From assembly GCA_043826565.1 (NCBI GenBank), contig JBDRPX010000038.1, positions 70,334-134,333 on the forward strand: 64,000 nt of DNA. Direction: 5' to 3'. This document shows, piece by piece, positions 10,521 to 20,019 of the stretch; position 1 is the first letter of the stretch; the number at the start of each line of letters is the position of its first letter. The translations under genes and the position numbers were made by a program. The notes beneath the pieces were generated by a model. That model had not been told where the DNA came from. It saw only the letters and a list, made by a program, of their open reading frames with translations, and ran no database searches. The stretch is from Candidatus Omnitrophota bacterium. Lineage in GTDB: Bacteria > Omnitrophota > Gorgyraeia > B26-G9.

Positions 10521-12223
10521 CTGATTATGATCGCCTGGGTGAATTACTAATCCAGAAAAAGATTATAACTGAGGAGCAGCTTGAAAATGCATTAATCAGG
10601 CAGAAAAAGTCTAATTTAAGACTTGGCGAAGAGCTCATTCGCAGTGGGATGGTAAATGAGGAAAGTGTTTTATCTATTCTTGCGGAATCGATGAATATAC
10701 CGTTTATAAAATTAAGAGACGAAACAATAGACGAACAGCTTATTGAAAAGATTCCCGCCCGTTTTGTTACTCACTATAATTTCATGCCTTTACGTGAGGA
10801 TGGGGGAATTCTCGCTATTGCGATTAGTGACCCCCATGATTTATATACCATAGATGAGATAAGATTATTATTAAAACAGCCGTTGAAAATATTTTTGGCA
10901 ACTTCTTTAGAAATAAGTGAGGCGATAAAGAAATTTTATGGGGTGGGAGCCAAAACTATGGCCCAGATGTTTGAAGATTCCCAACAGCTGGAAATTATTC
11001 CTCAGAAAGAAAAAGACATTACCCAAGAAAGTGCCGATGGAACAGACGACCCTTCGGTAATAAATTTTATAGATCAGGTTATCCGCCAGGCAGTAAAGGA
11101 AAGAGCTACTGATATACATATTGAGCCTTATGAAGGTAATTTGCGTTTAAGGTATAGGATTGATGGTTTGCTTTACGATGTGCCTGTTCCTTCGACAATA
11201 CATCATTTTCAATCGGCAATTTTTATTAGGTTAAAAATTATGTCGGATTTGGATATTGCCGAAAAAAGATTACCGCAAGACGGCAGGATAAAAGTTAGGG
11301 TCGATGGTGAGTTTTATGATTTGAGAATTTCAATTTTGCCGACAAATTTCGGGGAAAGTATAGAAATAAGAATACTTTCCAGGAAACAGATATTTTTTAA
11401 TTTAGAACAACTAGGGCTGGATAAGATCGGCTTAGCTATCCTTAATAGCATGATAAAACGGCCGCATGGGATAATTCTGGTTACCGGGCCCACTGGCAGC
11501 GGAAAAACCACCACGTTGTATTCATGTTTAAACAAGATTAACGCTGCCGAAAGAAAGATTATAACGATTGAAGATCCTATAGAATACCAGCTTCAGGGAG
11601 TTACGCAAGTACAGGTTAGGCCTAAGATCAATCTTACCTTTGCGGATGGTTTGCGCTCTATGCTCAGACATGATCCGGATATCATGATGGTCGGAGAAAT
11701 TCGTGATTTAGAAACAGCAGAGTTGGCCATAAGAACGGCCTTGACCGGTCATTTGGTGTTCAGTACTTTGCATACTAATGATGCTCCGGGAGCGGTTGCC
11801 CGTTTATTGGATATGGGAATTGAGCCATATTTGGTAGCATCTTCACTTGATTGTGTGATTGCTCAGCGTTTGGTGCGTTTGGTATGTCCGCATTGCAAAG
11901 AAAAAATCAAGCTTCATGAAGAGTTGCTTAGGGAATTTGGAATAAGCACGGAAAAACTCATTGCCCAGGAGTTCTGCCAAGGACGTGGATGTGAAAAATG
12001 TAACTTCACCGGGTATCATGGCCGTACGGCTATTTTTGAAGTGCTTAATATCGATGATTCCATTAAAGAAATGATCCTTAATCGTATCCCGACTAATACA
12101 ATTAAACAAAAAGCTATTGAAAATAAATTAAAAACACTTAGACAGTCAGGATGGGAAAAAGTGATTGCCGGATTGACAACTCCTGAGGAAGTAATTCGTG
12201 TAACGCAGGAAGATACTATATAA
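10517..12223 (+). CDS. gspE: GspE/PilB-type secretion ATPase with N-terminal MshEN-like motifs
   Basis: Walker A GPTGSGKTTT and a C-terminal tetracysteine (CPHC…CEKC). The N-terminal GSPII_E_N carries two RLGxxLxxxGxIxxxxLxxALxxQ-like repeats (RLGELLIQKKIITEEQLENALIRQ, RLGEELIRSGMVNEESVLSILAE). Start overlaps the trpA stop (ATGA). Confidence 0.88.
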   Translation: MTDYDRLGELLIQKKIITEEQLENALIRQKKSNLRLGEELIRSGMVNEESVLSILAESMNIPFIKLRDETIDEQLIEKIPARFVTHYNFMPLREDGGILAIAISDPHDLYTIDEIRLLLKQPLKIFLATSLEISEAIKKFYGVGAKTMAQMFEDSQQLEIIPQKEKDITQESADGTDDPSVINFIDQVIRQAVKERATDIHIEPYEGNLRLRYRIDGLLYDVPVPSTIHHFQSAIFIRLKIMSDLDIAEKRLPQDGRIKVRVDGEFYDLRISILPTNFGESIEIRILSRKQIFFNLEQLGLDKIGLAILNSMIKRPHGIILVTGPTGSGKTTTLYSCLNKINAAERKIITIEDPIEYQLQGVTQVQVRPKINLTFADGLRSMLRHDPDIMMVGEIRDLETAELAIRTALTGHLVFSTLHTNDAPGAVARLLDMGIEPYLVASSLDCVIAQRLVRLVCPHCKEKIKLHEELLREFGISTEKLIAQEFCQGRGCEKCNFTGYHGRTAIFEVLNIDDSIKEMILNRIPTNTIKQKAIENKLKTLRQSGWEKVIAGLTTPEEVIRVTQEDTI

Positions 12224-12256
12224 AAAATCCTGTTCAGGCAGGAAGAAGGAACTATA

Positions 12257-13462
12257 ATGCCTGTTTTTATCTACAAAGCTAAAGTTAAGCCAAATGTTTT
12301 TAAAACAGGAACTATTGAAGCTGATAGTGAAAAATCCGCCGTAAATAAATTATTACAGTTAAATTACCACCCCATTTCGATAACCCTTGAAGCCGGAAGA
12401 AAATTTAAAAAACACAATTTTTTTCAGAATTTGACCGGAAAGGAAACATATATATTTCTGCGACAATTGTCAAATCTAATCCAGGCGGGGCTTCCGCTGG
12501 TAAAAGCATTGCAAAATATCAGCGTGCAAAGCAGCAACATTAAATTAAGAGTTATCGTGCAGTCGTTGAAAGAAAAAGTCCAAAAAGGAAAAACTTTATC
12601 CGAGGCATTGTCGGATTTTTCGAATTTGTTCAGTTCTCTGGAAATAAGTATGATTAAGGCGGGAGAAGCCAGTGGAACGCTTTCTGAAGTTATTGGAAAA
12701 CTTGCGGATTTAAAAGAAAATGAAATTGCTTTTTCATCAAAAATCAGATCGGCTTTGGCTTATCCGGTCCTTTTATTAGTTGTCGGATTATTAACATTAT
12801 TCATATTAACTACTTTTGTGCTGCCCAAATTCATTGTCCTCTTTCAAGATCTGGGACAGGAACTGCCGTTAATAACCCAAATTTTGATTGCGGTAAGTCT
12901 CTTTTGTAAAAACTGGTGGACAGTTATTATTGCGGTAGGTATATTTGTGGGATTCTCATTAACCGGCTATTTTAAAACGGCCGGTGGAAAACTATGGCTT
13001 GATGCTCTACAGCTGAAGACCCCGATATTAAAGGATGTCGTAACAAAAGTCCAGATTAGCCGATTTTCCCGGACCTTAGGAAGTTTAATAGAGCATGGGG
13101 TGCCTATTCTTAGTTCTCTCCAGGTTGTCGGGGAAATTGCTAGTAATAAGGTTTTTGCTTTGGAGATAAAACGGATACATTCTCAGGTTGCTAAAGGGAA
13201 AAGTATCAGTGAATGCTTGAGAGGGAGCAATATTTTTGATAAAAATACTTTAGATTTAATCTCAGTTGGCGAAGAAGGAGGGCAATTAGAAGAAATGCTT
13301 TTGCGTATAGCAAAGATGAACGAGAGTGAGTCAGCACAAAAGATTGAATCTTTGGTATTTATGCTTGAACCTACATTAATACTAATTCTTGGCGGAGTAG
13401 TTGCGCTTATTGTTGTAGCAATTTTAATGCCGATTTTTCAGATGAATATTTTAATACAATAA
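12257..13462 (+). CDS. gspF: GspF/PilC platform protein
   Basis: 401 aa polytopic protein with the duplicated GspF domain architecture. Confidence 0.85.
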   Translation: MPVFIYKAKVKPNVFKTGTIEADSEKSAVNKLLQLNYHPISITLEAGRKFKKHNFFQNLTGKETYIFLRQLSNLIQAGLPLVKALQNISVQSSNIKLRVIVQSLKEKVQKGKTLSEALSDFSNLFSSLEISMIKAGEASGTLSEVIGKLADLKENEIAFSSKIRSALAYPVLLLVVGLLTLFILTTFVLPKFIVLFQDLGQELPLITQILIAVSLFCKNWWTVIIAVGIFVGFSLTGYFKTAGGKLWLDALQLKTPILKDVVTKVQISRFSRTLGSLIEHGVPILSSLQVVGEIASNKVFALEIKRIHSQVAKGKSISECLRGSNIFDKNTLDLISVGEEGGQLEEMLLRIAKMNESESAQKIESLVFMLEPTLILILGGVVALIVVAILMPIFQMNILIQ

Positions 13463-13485
13463 TATTATTTAATAAGGGGGGGCGA

Positions 13486-13929
13486 ATGCTAAGTGGAAAA
13501 ACAGGATTTACCCGGACAGAGGCAGGGTTTACTTTGATTGAATTAATGCTTGTTGTAATCATCATCGGAACATTGGCGGCGATAGTTATTCCGCGTTTTA
13601 CTGGTCGAGCTGAGCAGGCTCGTAATACCGCGGCAAAGGCTGATCTACTTTCTAACATACCGCTTGCTCTTGATTTATATGAATTGGATAATGGGAGTTT
13701 TCCTACTACTGAGCAGGGGTTGGCTTCACTTGTGCAAAAGCCAAACATTTCGCCTTTACCTAAAAACTGGAATGGCCCATATCTTAAAAAAAAGCCGGTA
13801 GACCCTTGGGGGCAGCAATATGTCTATGTTAGTCCGGGAGTGCATAATAAAGACGACTATGATCTGCATTCGCTGGGTAAAGACGGCGTTGCCGGAGGCG
13901 GGGATGACCTTACCAATTGGGAAGAATAA
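13486..13929 (+). CDS. gspG: major pseudopilin GspG
   Basis: Prepilin leader and cleavage motif G|FTLIELMLVV with Glu at +5. GspG-type C-terminal region (…DPWGQQYVY…). Confidence 0.85.
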   Translation: MLSGKTGFTRTEAGFTLIELMLVVIIIGTLAAIVIPRFTGRAEQARNTAAKADLLSNIPLALDLYELDNGSFPTTEQGLASLVQKPNISPLPKNWNGPYLKKKPVDPWGQQYVYVSPGVHNKDDYDLHSLGKDGVAGGGDDLTNWEE

Positions 13930-14398
13930 TCATGGATTTACATTAATTGAATTACTTGCGGTCATATTAATAATTTCTGTATTAATAAGCCTCAGTATTC
14001 CCACGATAACTAAAACAGCCAGAAAATTTTATTTTATTAATAAAATAAAAACAATAGCTTGCCTTTTTAAATATGTGCGTAATTTGGCGGTATTAGAACA
14101 GAGGGAGTATGAAGCGATTATTGATAGTGACGCTAACACCCTGGAAATTAAACGCCTTGATGAGAATGAATTTACGGAAAAAGAGTTTAAGGCGATCAAT
14201 GATTCTATTTTAAGAGCTCGCAATCTTCCGGATGGATTTTTTATTAAAATGGGAAATGATGATCTAAAGACCAAAGAGATATTCTTTTATCCAAACGGCA
14301 GCTTAACAAGCACAGATATCTATGTTTATGATAAAAAGAACCATGCCGCCCGGATTACGTTGACTGTTAGCGGGCAAATTGTCATGGAGTTTTTATGA
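13904..14398 (+). CDS. minor pseudopilin (GspH-like)
   Basis: ATG at 13904, then KNNHG|FTLIELLAVILI prepilin motif. Overlaps the gspG end by 26 nt. Confidence 0.7.
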   Translation: MTLPIGKNNHGFTLIELLAVILIISVLISLSIPTITKTARKFYFINKIKTIACLFKYVRNLAVLEQREYEAIIDSDANTLEIKRLDENEFTEKEFKAINDSILRARNLPDGFFIKMGNDDLKTKEIFFYPNGSLTSTDIYVYDKKNHAARITLTVSGQIVMEFL

Positions 14399-14757
14399 TT
14401 AAAAAAAAACCGGGGTTTATTTTATTAGAAGTGTTGGTATCTTTGGTTATATTGACTGCGGGTATCTTGGTTCTGATTAGGTCGTTATCCAATATAGTTA
14501 AGAGTAATACAATAATACAAACAAATACTGTTGCCGTTCTATTAGTCGATAATTTATTTACCCGAATTGATTCTGATGAAAAAATTGATGATGAAAATAG
14601 TATGGAAATATTAGGTAAGCAATTTTTTTGGCAGCAGCAGACAACAACCATAAAAGATGATCTTAAAAAAATGATGCTCACTGTTTCTACGGGGGAAAAC
14701 AGCCGGGGAATCAAAACTATTTTTAGCAGCACTTTTATAGACACAGAAGATCAGTAA
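14395..14757 (+). CDS. minor pseudopilin (GspI-like)
   Basis: KKPG|FILLEVLVSL prepilin motif; 120 aa. ATGA overlap with the preceding gene. Confidence 0.65.
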   Translation: MIKKKPGFILLEVLVSLVILTAGILVLIRSLSNIVKSNTIIQTNTVAVLLVDNLFTRIDSDEKIDDENSMEILGKQFFWQQQTTTIKDDLKKMMLTVSTGENSRGIKTIFSSTFIDTEDQ

Positions 14758-14812
14758 ATTAAATTTTAAGCGGATTGACATTTTTAGAGAGTAGATATAA
14801 ACTATTAATACT

Positions 14813-16003
14813 ATGACGATTTCAGTAGGGATTGGGAAAAGCAAGGAGATTGATTCATTTGCCGCCGGAGCTTTGGCAGTTGCCGAAGCTCTTGATATGA
14901 TGGGCAGCAATGATCCGGATATATTATTTTGCTTTGCTTCATCCAGGTTTGAGCATTTTGAACTTATTCGCGGTGTGAAAAGTACGGTATCTTCAGCACC
15001 GCTTATCGGCTGTACAACAGCAGGCGAAATAACATCTAAAGGACCGGATACAAAGTCAGTTGTTATTTTAGCGCTAAAATCTGATAATCTTCATGCGGCG
15101 ATTGGAATAGGTAAGAATATTAGCAAACAATCCCGAACTGCGGGACAAGAAGTAGCCCGGGACACAGTTATTAAAACAAGGCGGGGAGCAATACGTCATG
15201 CTTTTATGATGTTTCCGGATGGGTTAAAAGGTAATAGCGCTGATATTATTAGAGGTGTTCAGGAGGTCCTGGGAACTAGTTTCCCGATTGTCGGTGGAGC
15301 CGCGGCAGATGATTTTCTCTTTCAAAAGACTTATCAGTATTATGATGACGGCGTGTTTGATGATAGTGTCGGAGGTGTTTTATTCTCCGGGGATATTAGT
15401 TTCGGTATTGGAGCGCGTCATGGCTGGTATCCTTTGGGAAAACCAAGGATTGTAACTGCTGCCGAGCATAATATAATCAAAAAACTTGATGGAAAGCCGG
15501 CGGCGAGGATTTATGAGGATTATTTTGGGAAGCGTGTGGCTGATTTGCAAAACGAACCGATGGCCCGGATGTCAGTCATGTATCCTTTGGGTATGAGTAT
15601 TCCCGGCGAGGAAGAGTGTATTGTTAGAAATGCTTTAAGAGTTGATGCGGAGGGATCTTTGATTTGCGCTGGTGAAGTCCCCAAGGGCTCTGAGATCAGG
15701 GTAATGATGGGATCAAAGGAAACCGCATTAAAAGCAGCAAAAAAAGCGTCTCAAATAGCCTTGGGTGCTTTACGTAAATCCAAGGCCGAAGTGGTGTTTG
15801 TTTTTGATTCTGTATCCCGGGGAAGGTTGTTTGGAAGAAATGCTTCTCAGGAGATTGATGTAGTTAAGGAAATTTTCGGAGTAAATACCCCGATAATCGG
15901 GTTTTATACTTATGGGGAACAAGCTCCGTTGGGTGCGACGATTAATTTGGGGCAGACATTTTTTCATAATGAAACAATTGTTGTTTTTGCATTAGGAGAG
16001 TAA
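14813..16003 (+). CDS. FIST-domain sensor protein
   Basis: 396 aa with the FIST_N/FIST_C layout (…GFYTYGEQAPLG… C-terminal signature). Confidence 0.7.
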   Translation: MTISVGIGKSKEIDSFAAGALAVAEALDMMGSNDPDILFCFASSRFEHFELIRGVKSTVSSAPLIGCTTAGEITSKGPDTKSVVILALKSDNLHAAIGIGKNISKQSRTAGQEVARDTVIKTRRGAIRHAFMMFPDGLKGNSADIIRGVQEVLGTSFPIVGGAAADDFLFQKTYQYYDDGVFDDSVGGVLFSGDISFGIGARHGWYPLGKPRIVTAAEHNIIKKLDGKPAARIYEDYFGKRVADLQNEPMARMSVMYPLGMSIPGEEECIVRNALRVDAEGSLICAGEVPKGSEIRVMMGSKETALKAAKKASQIALGALRKSKAEVVFVFDSVSRGRLFGRNASQEIDVVKEIFGVNTPIIGFYTYGEQAPLGATINLGQTFFHNETIVVFALGE

Positions 16004-16008
16004 AGTTT

Positions 16009-17589
16009 GTGAAAATCAATATTTGGTTAATACTGATAATCGGGGCTGCTGTACTTAGCGTAGTGGTTATTGTTGATAGCATGGTTGCTAAGCTAATGGG
16101 CGGGTTTATACTTTTGGTATTATTAGCATATCTGGCGGAACTTTCCCGAGAGGAAAGAGAGCAGATCTATAAAATGCAGCGTGCTTTGGATAAATTAAGA
16201 AATGCATATAGTGAACTGGATGAACAGGCAAAAATTATTATTCGCACTGACTTAGAACTAAATCGCACACAAGAAGAGCTGGATAAGAAAATTAACGGTT
16301 TATATACGCTGCATGAACTTGGAAAACTAATGAGTTCCGCGCTTGATGTTCAAAAGCTTTTTGCCCAGATAACTGAACCGCTTATTCTTAAACTTGGGTT
16401 TGAGAAAACTATTATATTTCTTAACGAAGGTATTCCTCCTAAAGCCGAATGTAAGGCTTGTATCGGACTTAGCCATTCCCGCATTGAGGAGCTTAAGCAG
16501 GAGCATCTAAAAAGCGAGTTCCTTAAAGGGGTTTTTGAAAGCGGTAGTTCTATTCTTGTTAAAAGCCGGGAGTCGGCAAACCCGGAAGAACGCATATGGC
16601 TTAAATTCTTTGATGTTTCTTCATTTGTAATTGTTCCGATTGTTATAAAAGAGCAGGTGGAAGGGTATATCTTCGTCGGGAACAATAATCCTTATGTGCA
16701 TATTTCCGAGGGTGATATTGATTTAATGTTTATTTTATCAAATCAGGTTGCCGTTGCTTTGGAAAATGCCCGTCTTTATGAAGAATTAAAACGCTCTCAT
16801 GATGAGCTGGAAATTCGCGTGGAAGAAAGAACCCGTGAATTGGCGGAAGCGAATACTAAACTTGTAAAACTTGACAAGATGAAGTCTGACTTTGTGTCTG
16901 CTGTTTCGCATGAATTACGTACTCCGCTTACTTCCATAAAAGGATATGCGGCAATTCTTGGTGCCGGCCGGCTGGGGGATGTCTCAGATGTACAAAAAGA
17001 AAAATTAAATAAAATCAATGTGCATAGTGATGAATTGATTAAGCTGGTAAATGATCTTTTAGATATCGCGCGGATAGAATCCGGCAAAATCGGCATGAGT
17101 ATTAAACATTCATCATTAACTGATATAATTAAGAGTGTGGCTGACTTATTCTTTCCTCAGACTGATGAAAAGAATATTAATTTAGTGCTCAATATGCCGG
17201 AGGAAGCATTATTGGTTTGGATGGATCCGAGCCAAATATCCCGTGTTTTTATAAATTTAATTGGTAATGCATTGAAATTCACGCCTCAAGGCGGTGAAAT
17301 AGCCATACGTGTTTTACCGGGTGATGATTTTATAACTGTTGAAGTTGCCGACTCAGGTATCGGGATAAGTAGAGAAGATTTAGCCCGGGTTTTTGATGAG
17401 TTTTATCGGGTTGACAACGCAATTAATGTTGAGAAAAAAGGAACTGGTTTAGGTTTGCCGCTGGTCAGTAAAATTGTGGCTGCACATAAAGGAAAAATCT
17501 GGGTTTCAAGTGAACTGGGTAAGGGGACAACATTTCATTTTACGTTATCCACTAATAAGGTGGAAGATTCACAGATAAATGTTGCTTGA
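16009..17589 (+). CDS. membrane GAF-domain sensor histidine kinase
   Basis: GTG start 5 nt after the FIST stop. Two TM helices, a GAF domain, an H-box SHELRTPL, and HATPase_c motifs (GNALKFT, DSGIGI, GTGLGL). Confidence 0.85.
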   Translation: MKINIWLILIIGAAVLSVVVIVDSMVAKLMGGFILLVLLAYLAELSREEREQIYKMQRALDKLRNAYSELDEQAKIIIRTDLELNRTQEELDKKINGLYTLHELGKLMSSALDVQKLFAQITEPLILKLGFEKTIIFLNEGIPPKAECKACIGLSHSRIEELKQEHLKSEFLKGVFESGSSILVKSRESANPEERIWLKFFDVSSFVIVPIVIKEQVEGYIFVGNNNPYVHISEGDIDLMFILSNQVAVALENARLYEELKRSHDELEIRVEERTRELAEANTKLVKLDKMKSDFVSAVSHELRTPLTSIKGYAAILGAGRLGDVSDVQKEKLNKINVHSDELIKLVNDLLDIARIESGKIGMSIKHSSLTDIIKSVADLFFPQTDEKNINLVLNMPEEALLVWMDPSQISRVFINLIGNALKFTPQGGEIAIRVLPGDDFITVEVADSGIGISREDLARVFDEFYRVDNAINVEKKGTGLGLPLVSKIVAAHKGKIWVSSELGKGTTFHFTLSTNKVEDSQINVA

Positions 17590-17597
17590 AAGGAAAA

Positions 17598-18536
17598 ATG
17601 AGGAAGCAGAAAATTCTTATTGTTGATGATGAGCCGGATATTCGTGATGTGTTAAAGATTACGCTTGAGTGCGAAGGATATGATGTCGTTGAATCTACCG
17701 ATGGGATAGACGGTCTTTCCAAAGTGCATAAAGCAGCTCCGGATCTTGTAATTTTGGATAATAAGATGCCGAAGATGACCGGGCAAGAAGTGTGTGAGAT
17801 ATTAAAAAAAGATATCCTTCTGAGGCATATGCCGATTATTATGCTGACCGGAAAAGGAGAGATCCAGGATAAAATTAAAGGAATTGACGCCGGAGCAGAT
17901 GATTATATAGTAAAGCCGTTTGAGCCGCAAGAGCTGGTTGCGAGAATAAAAATGATTTTACGTAGAAGTTCACGAGATTTGGATGCTAATCCGTTAAGTC
18001 GTTTGCCGGGAAATGCGACAATCTTAAGTGAATTGGAAGATGCGATAAAAAGTAATAAACCCTTTGCCATATGCTATCTGGATCTTGACAAATTTAAATC
18101 TTTTAACGATACTTATGGATTTGAACATGGAGATGAGGTTATCCGGGAAACCGCCAGAATTATTCTCATGACAGTTATCGAAATGGGGAACAAAGAGGAC
18201 TTTGTCGGACATATCGGTGGTGATGATTTTGTTGTACTTACTACTTTGGATAAAGCAGAGCCTATTTGTAAAAAAATAATTGAGGCTTTCGACAAAGTTG
18301 CTCCGGCTTTTTATAATTTAGAGGACCGGCAGCGAAAATATATTCTGGCTAAAGATCGGAAGGGGAATGCGGAAAAGATTCCGCTGATTTCAATCTCGAT
18401 AGGAATTGTAACGAATGAGTTTCGGACGATTACCCATGTGGCGGAAATTGGCGAAATCGGAGCGGATTTAAAGAAACTGGCAAAGGCAACTCCGGAAAGC
18501 AATTATGTCCGAGACAGCCGTAAAACTGAAGCATAA
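17598..18536 (+). CDS. response regulator: REC + GGDEF-like domain (GGDDF variant)
   Basis: REC domain (ILIVDDEPD…LDNKMP). The GGDEF fold is recognisable (LDLDKFKSFNDTYGFEHGDEV…HIGGDDFVV), but the signature reads GGDDF and the I-site RxxD is replaced by KED. Confidence 0.75.
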   Translation: MRKQKILIVDDEPDIRDVLKITLECEGYDVVESTDGIDGLSKVHKAAPDLVILDNKMPKMTGQEVCEILKKDILLRHMPIIMLTGKGEIQDKIKGIDAGADDYIVKPFEPQELVARIKMILRRSSRDLDANPLSRLPGNATILSELEDAIKSNKPFAICYLDLDKFKSFNDTYGFEHGDEVIRETARIILMTVIEMGNKEDFVGHIGGDDFVVLTTLDKAEPICKKIIEAFDKVAPAFYNLEDRQRKYILAKDRKGNAEKIPLISISIGIVTNEFRTITHVAEIGEIGADLKKLAKATPESNYVRDSRKTEA

Positions 18537-18766
18537 AATATCCAATGTCTAAAAAACCTCCTAAACCAACAGACCATGATTTTTGGTTTATTAATAATGT
18601 CCGCCACAGTAATTCAATAAATAAACTTAATAAGCGACAAGAGCGTATCCTGAAAAAAGTTCGTTTGTGGGAAAAATACCATGGAGCTTTAGATCAAAAA
18701 GAGTGGAAATTCTGATGCTGAATATAAGTACTTATCCTTATAAAATGTTTTTGGTATAATAATTTT

Positions 18767-19126
18767 ATGCGATTAAATAGAATACAACTAATTTCAGTTC
18801 TCCTAATTCCCGTCCTTTGTGCGGCATTTATTGTCTTTATGTCGGCTTATGAAAAAAAGAATTCTGAAGTTCTTACTTTGCAGATGCAGATACTTAAAGC
18901 AGACCTGGATAATCTATCCCAAAAGATTGAGACAGATAACCGGCAGCTGACAAAAATGAAAGAGCGTCTTGTTCATTCAAAATTACTGAGAATGGACTAT
19001 CGAAAGTACACTGAATTACAGGATAAATATGTGGACCTGCAGGGAATTTCTAAGAACGATTTTGACCGGTATTCTCAGCTTTTGAATAAATACACTGATA
19101 TTGTTTTGAAACTGAAAAGAAAATAA
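18767..19126 (+). CDS. hypothetical membrane-anchored coiled-coil protein
   Basis: N-terminal TM helix followed by a coiled-coil region. No recognisable family. Confidence 0.4.
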   Translation: MRLNRIQLISVLLIPVLCAAFIVFMSAYEKKNSEVLTLQMQILKADLDNLSQKIETDNRQLTKMKERLVHSKLLRMDYRKYTELQDKYVDLQGISKNDFDRYSQLLNKYTDIVLKLKRK

Positions 19127-19203
19127 AGAATAAGGTTGACAAAAATAATTGACTTTTTTATGAAATAACAGAATATATTTGGAGAAAATTTAAATCACAA
19201 TGG

Positions 19204-19510
19204 TGTAGGGACAGCCCTTGCGGCTGTCCGTATAGAATTATCAGTAATTGGACAAATAATAGAAAAACAATTAAAGAACCTACCTGTGGAATACAAAAAT
19301 ATAAAATTAGACACATATACAATCATGCCAAATCATATCCATAAGATATTGGTTATTCATGATGATGATATATTGATCCTGACATTGAACCGGACAGCCG
19401 CAAGGGCTGTCCCTACGATATCAGATATTATTGGTTCATTAAAATCGAAAATATCTGTGGAATATATTCGGCACATAAAAAATAACGATTTGAAGGTATT
19501 AACGTGTTGA
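19204..19510 (+). mobile_element. IS200/IS605-family (Y1/RAYT-like) transposase remnant bracketed by 26-nt inverted palindromic hairpins
   Basis: ORF fragment YTIMPNHIHKILVI matches the HuH motif region of Y1 transposases. GTAGGGACAGCCCTTGCGGCTGTCCG at 19205-19230 recurs as its exact reverse complement at 19391-19416. Each copy is itself an 8-bp-stem hairpin. Confidence 0.6.
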
Positions 19511-19570
19511 AAATAAAGATGTTGTGATATCTATATTCAAATTATCCTATTAAGAAATTAATTAGAACCA

Positions 19571-19599
19571 TTGACAATACAACCATTTGATTGTATACT
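19571..19599 (+). promoter_or_regulatory. sigma70-like promoter with embedded operator-like palindrome for the TA operon
   Basis: TTGACA, 17-nt spacer, TATACT. The spacer contains ATACAAccatttgaTTGTAT. Confidence 0.5.
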
Positions 19600-19622
19600 T
19601 TAAATGAAGGGATGAAAGAAGA

Positions 19623-20018
19623 TTGAAGAAAATTGCTTGTTACTATTTTTTAACTGATTCTAACGCATCCCCTGTTGAGGATTTTGTTGATTCATTAAGT
19701 TACAAGGGACAAAGAAAATTTTTCACAAAGAAAGGTTTGATAGAGGAATTTGGACATAGACTTCTTCAGCCCCATGCTAAATATATAGGAAATGGAATAT
19801 TTGAGCTAAGATTTCGAGACGATGGGGATACCATCAGGGTTTTGTATTTTTTCTTTCACCAAGATCGAGCGATATTTACCAATGGATTTATTAAAAAGAC
19901 TGATAAAACACCCAAAAATGCATTAAAAATTGCAATTGAAAGAAAAAAGTTATATTTGAAGGAGCAAAAGGCAAAAAAGGTTATTTTTAAAGAGCAAAAA
20001 GGAAAGAAGGTAGAATGA
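19623..20018 (+). CDS. type II toxin, Gp49/HigB-like (RelE/ParE superfamily)
   Basis: …NGIFELRFRDDGDTIRVLYFFFHQDRAIFTNGFIKKTDKTPKNALKIAIERKKLY matches the Gp49-like toxin family. TTG start is uncertain. C-terminal tandem KEQKAKKV/KEQKGKKV. Confidence 0.7.
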   Translation: MKKIACYYFLTDSNASPVEDFVDSLSYKGQRKFFTKKGLIEEFGHRLLQPHAKYIGNGIFELRFRDDGDTIRVLYFFFHQDRAIFTNGFIKKTDKTPKNALKIAIERKKLYLKEQKAKKVIFKEQKGKKVE

Positions 20019-20019
20019 A

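Noticed and set aside
16009-16020. Alternative ATG starts for the GAF histidine kinase
   Set aside because: Only a GTG at 16009 with an AGGAGAG RBS fits. The downstream ATG would delete the first TM helix.
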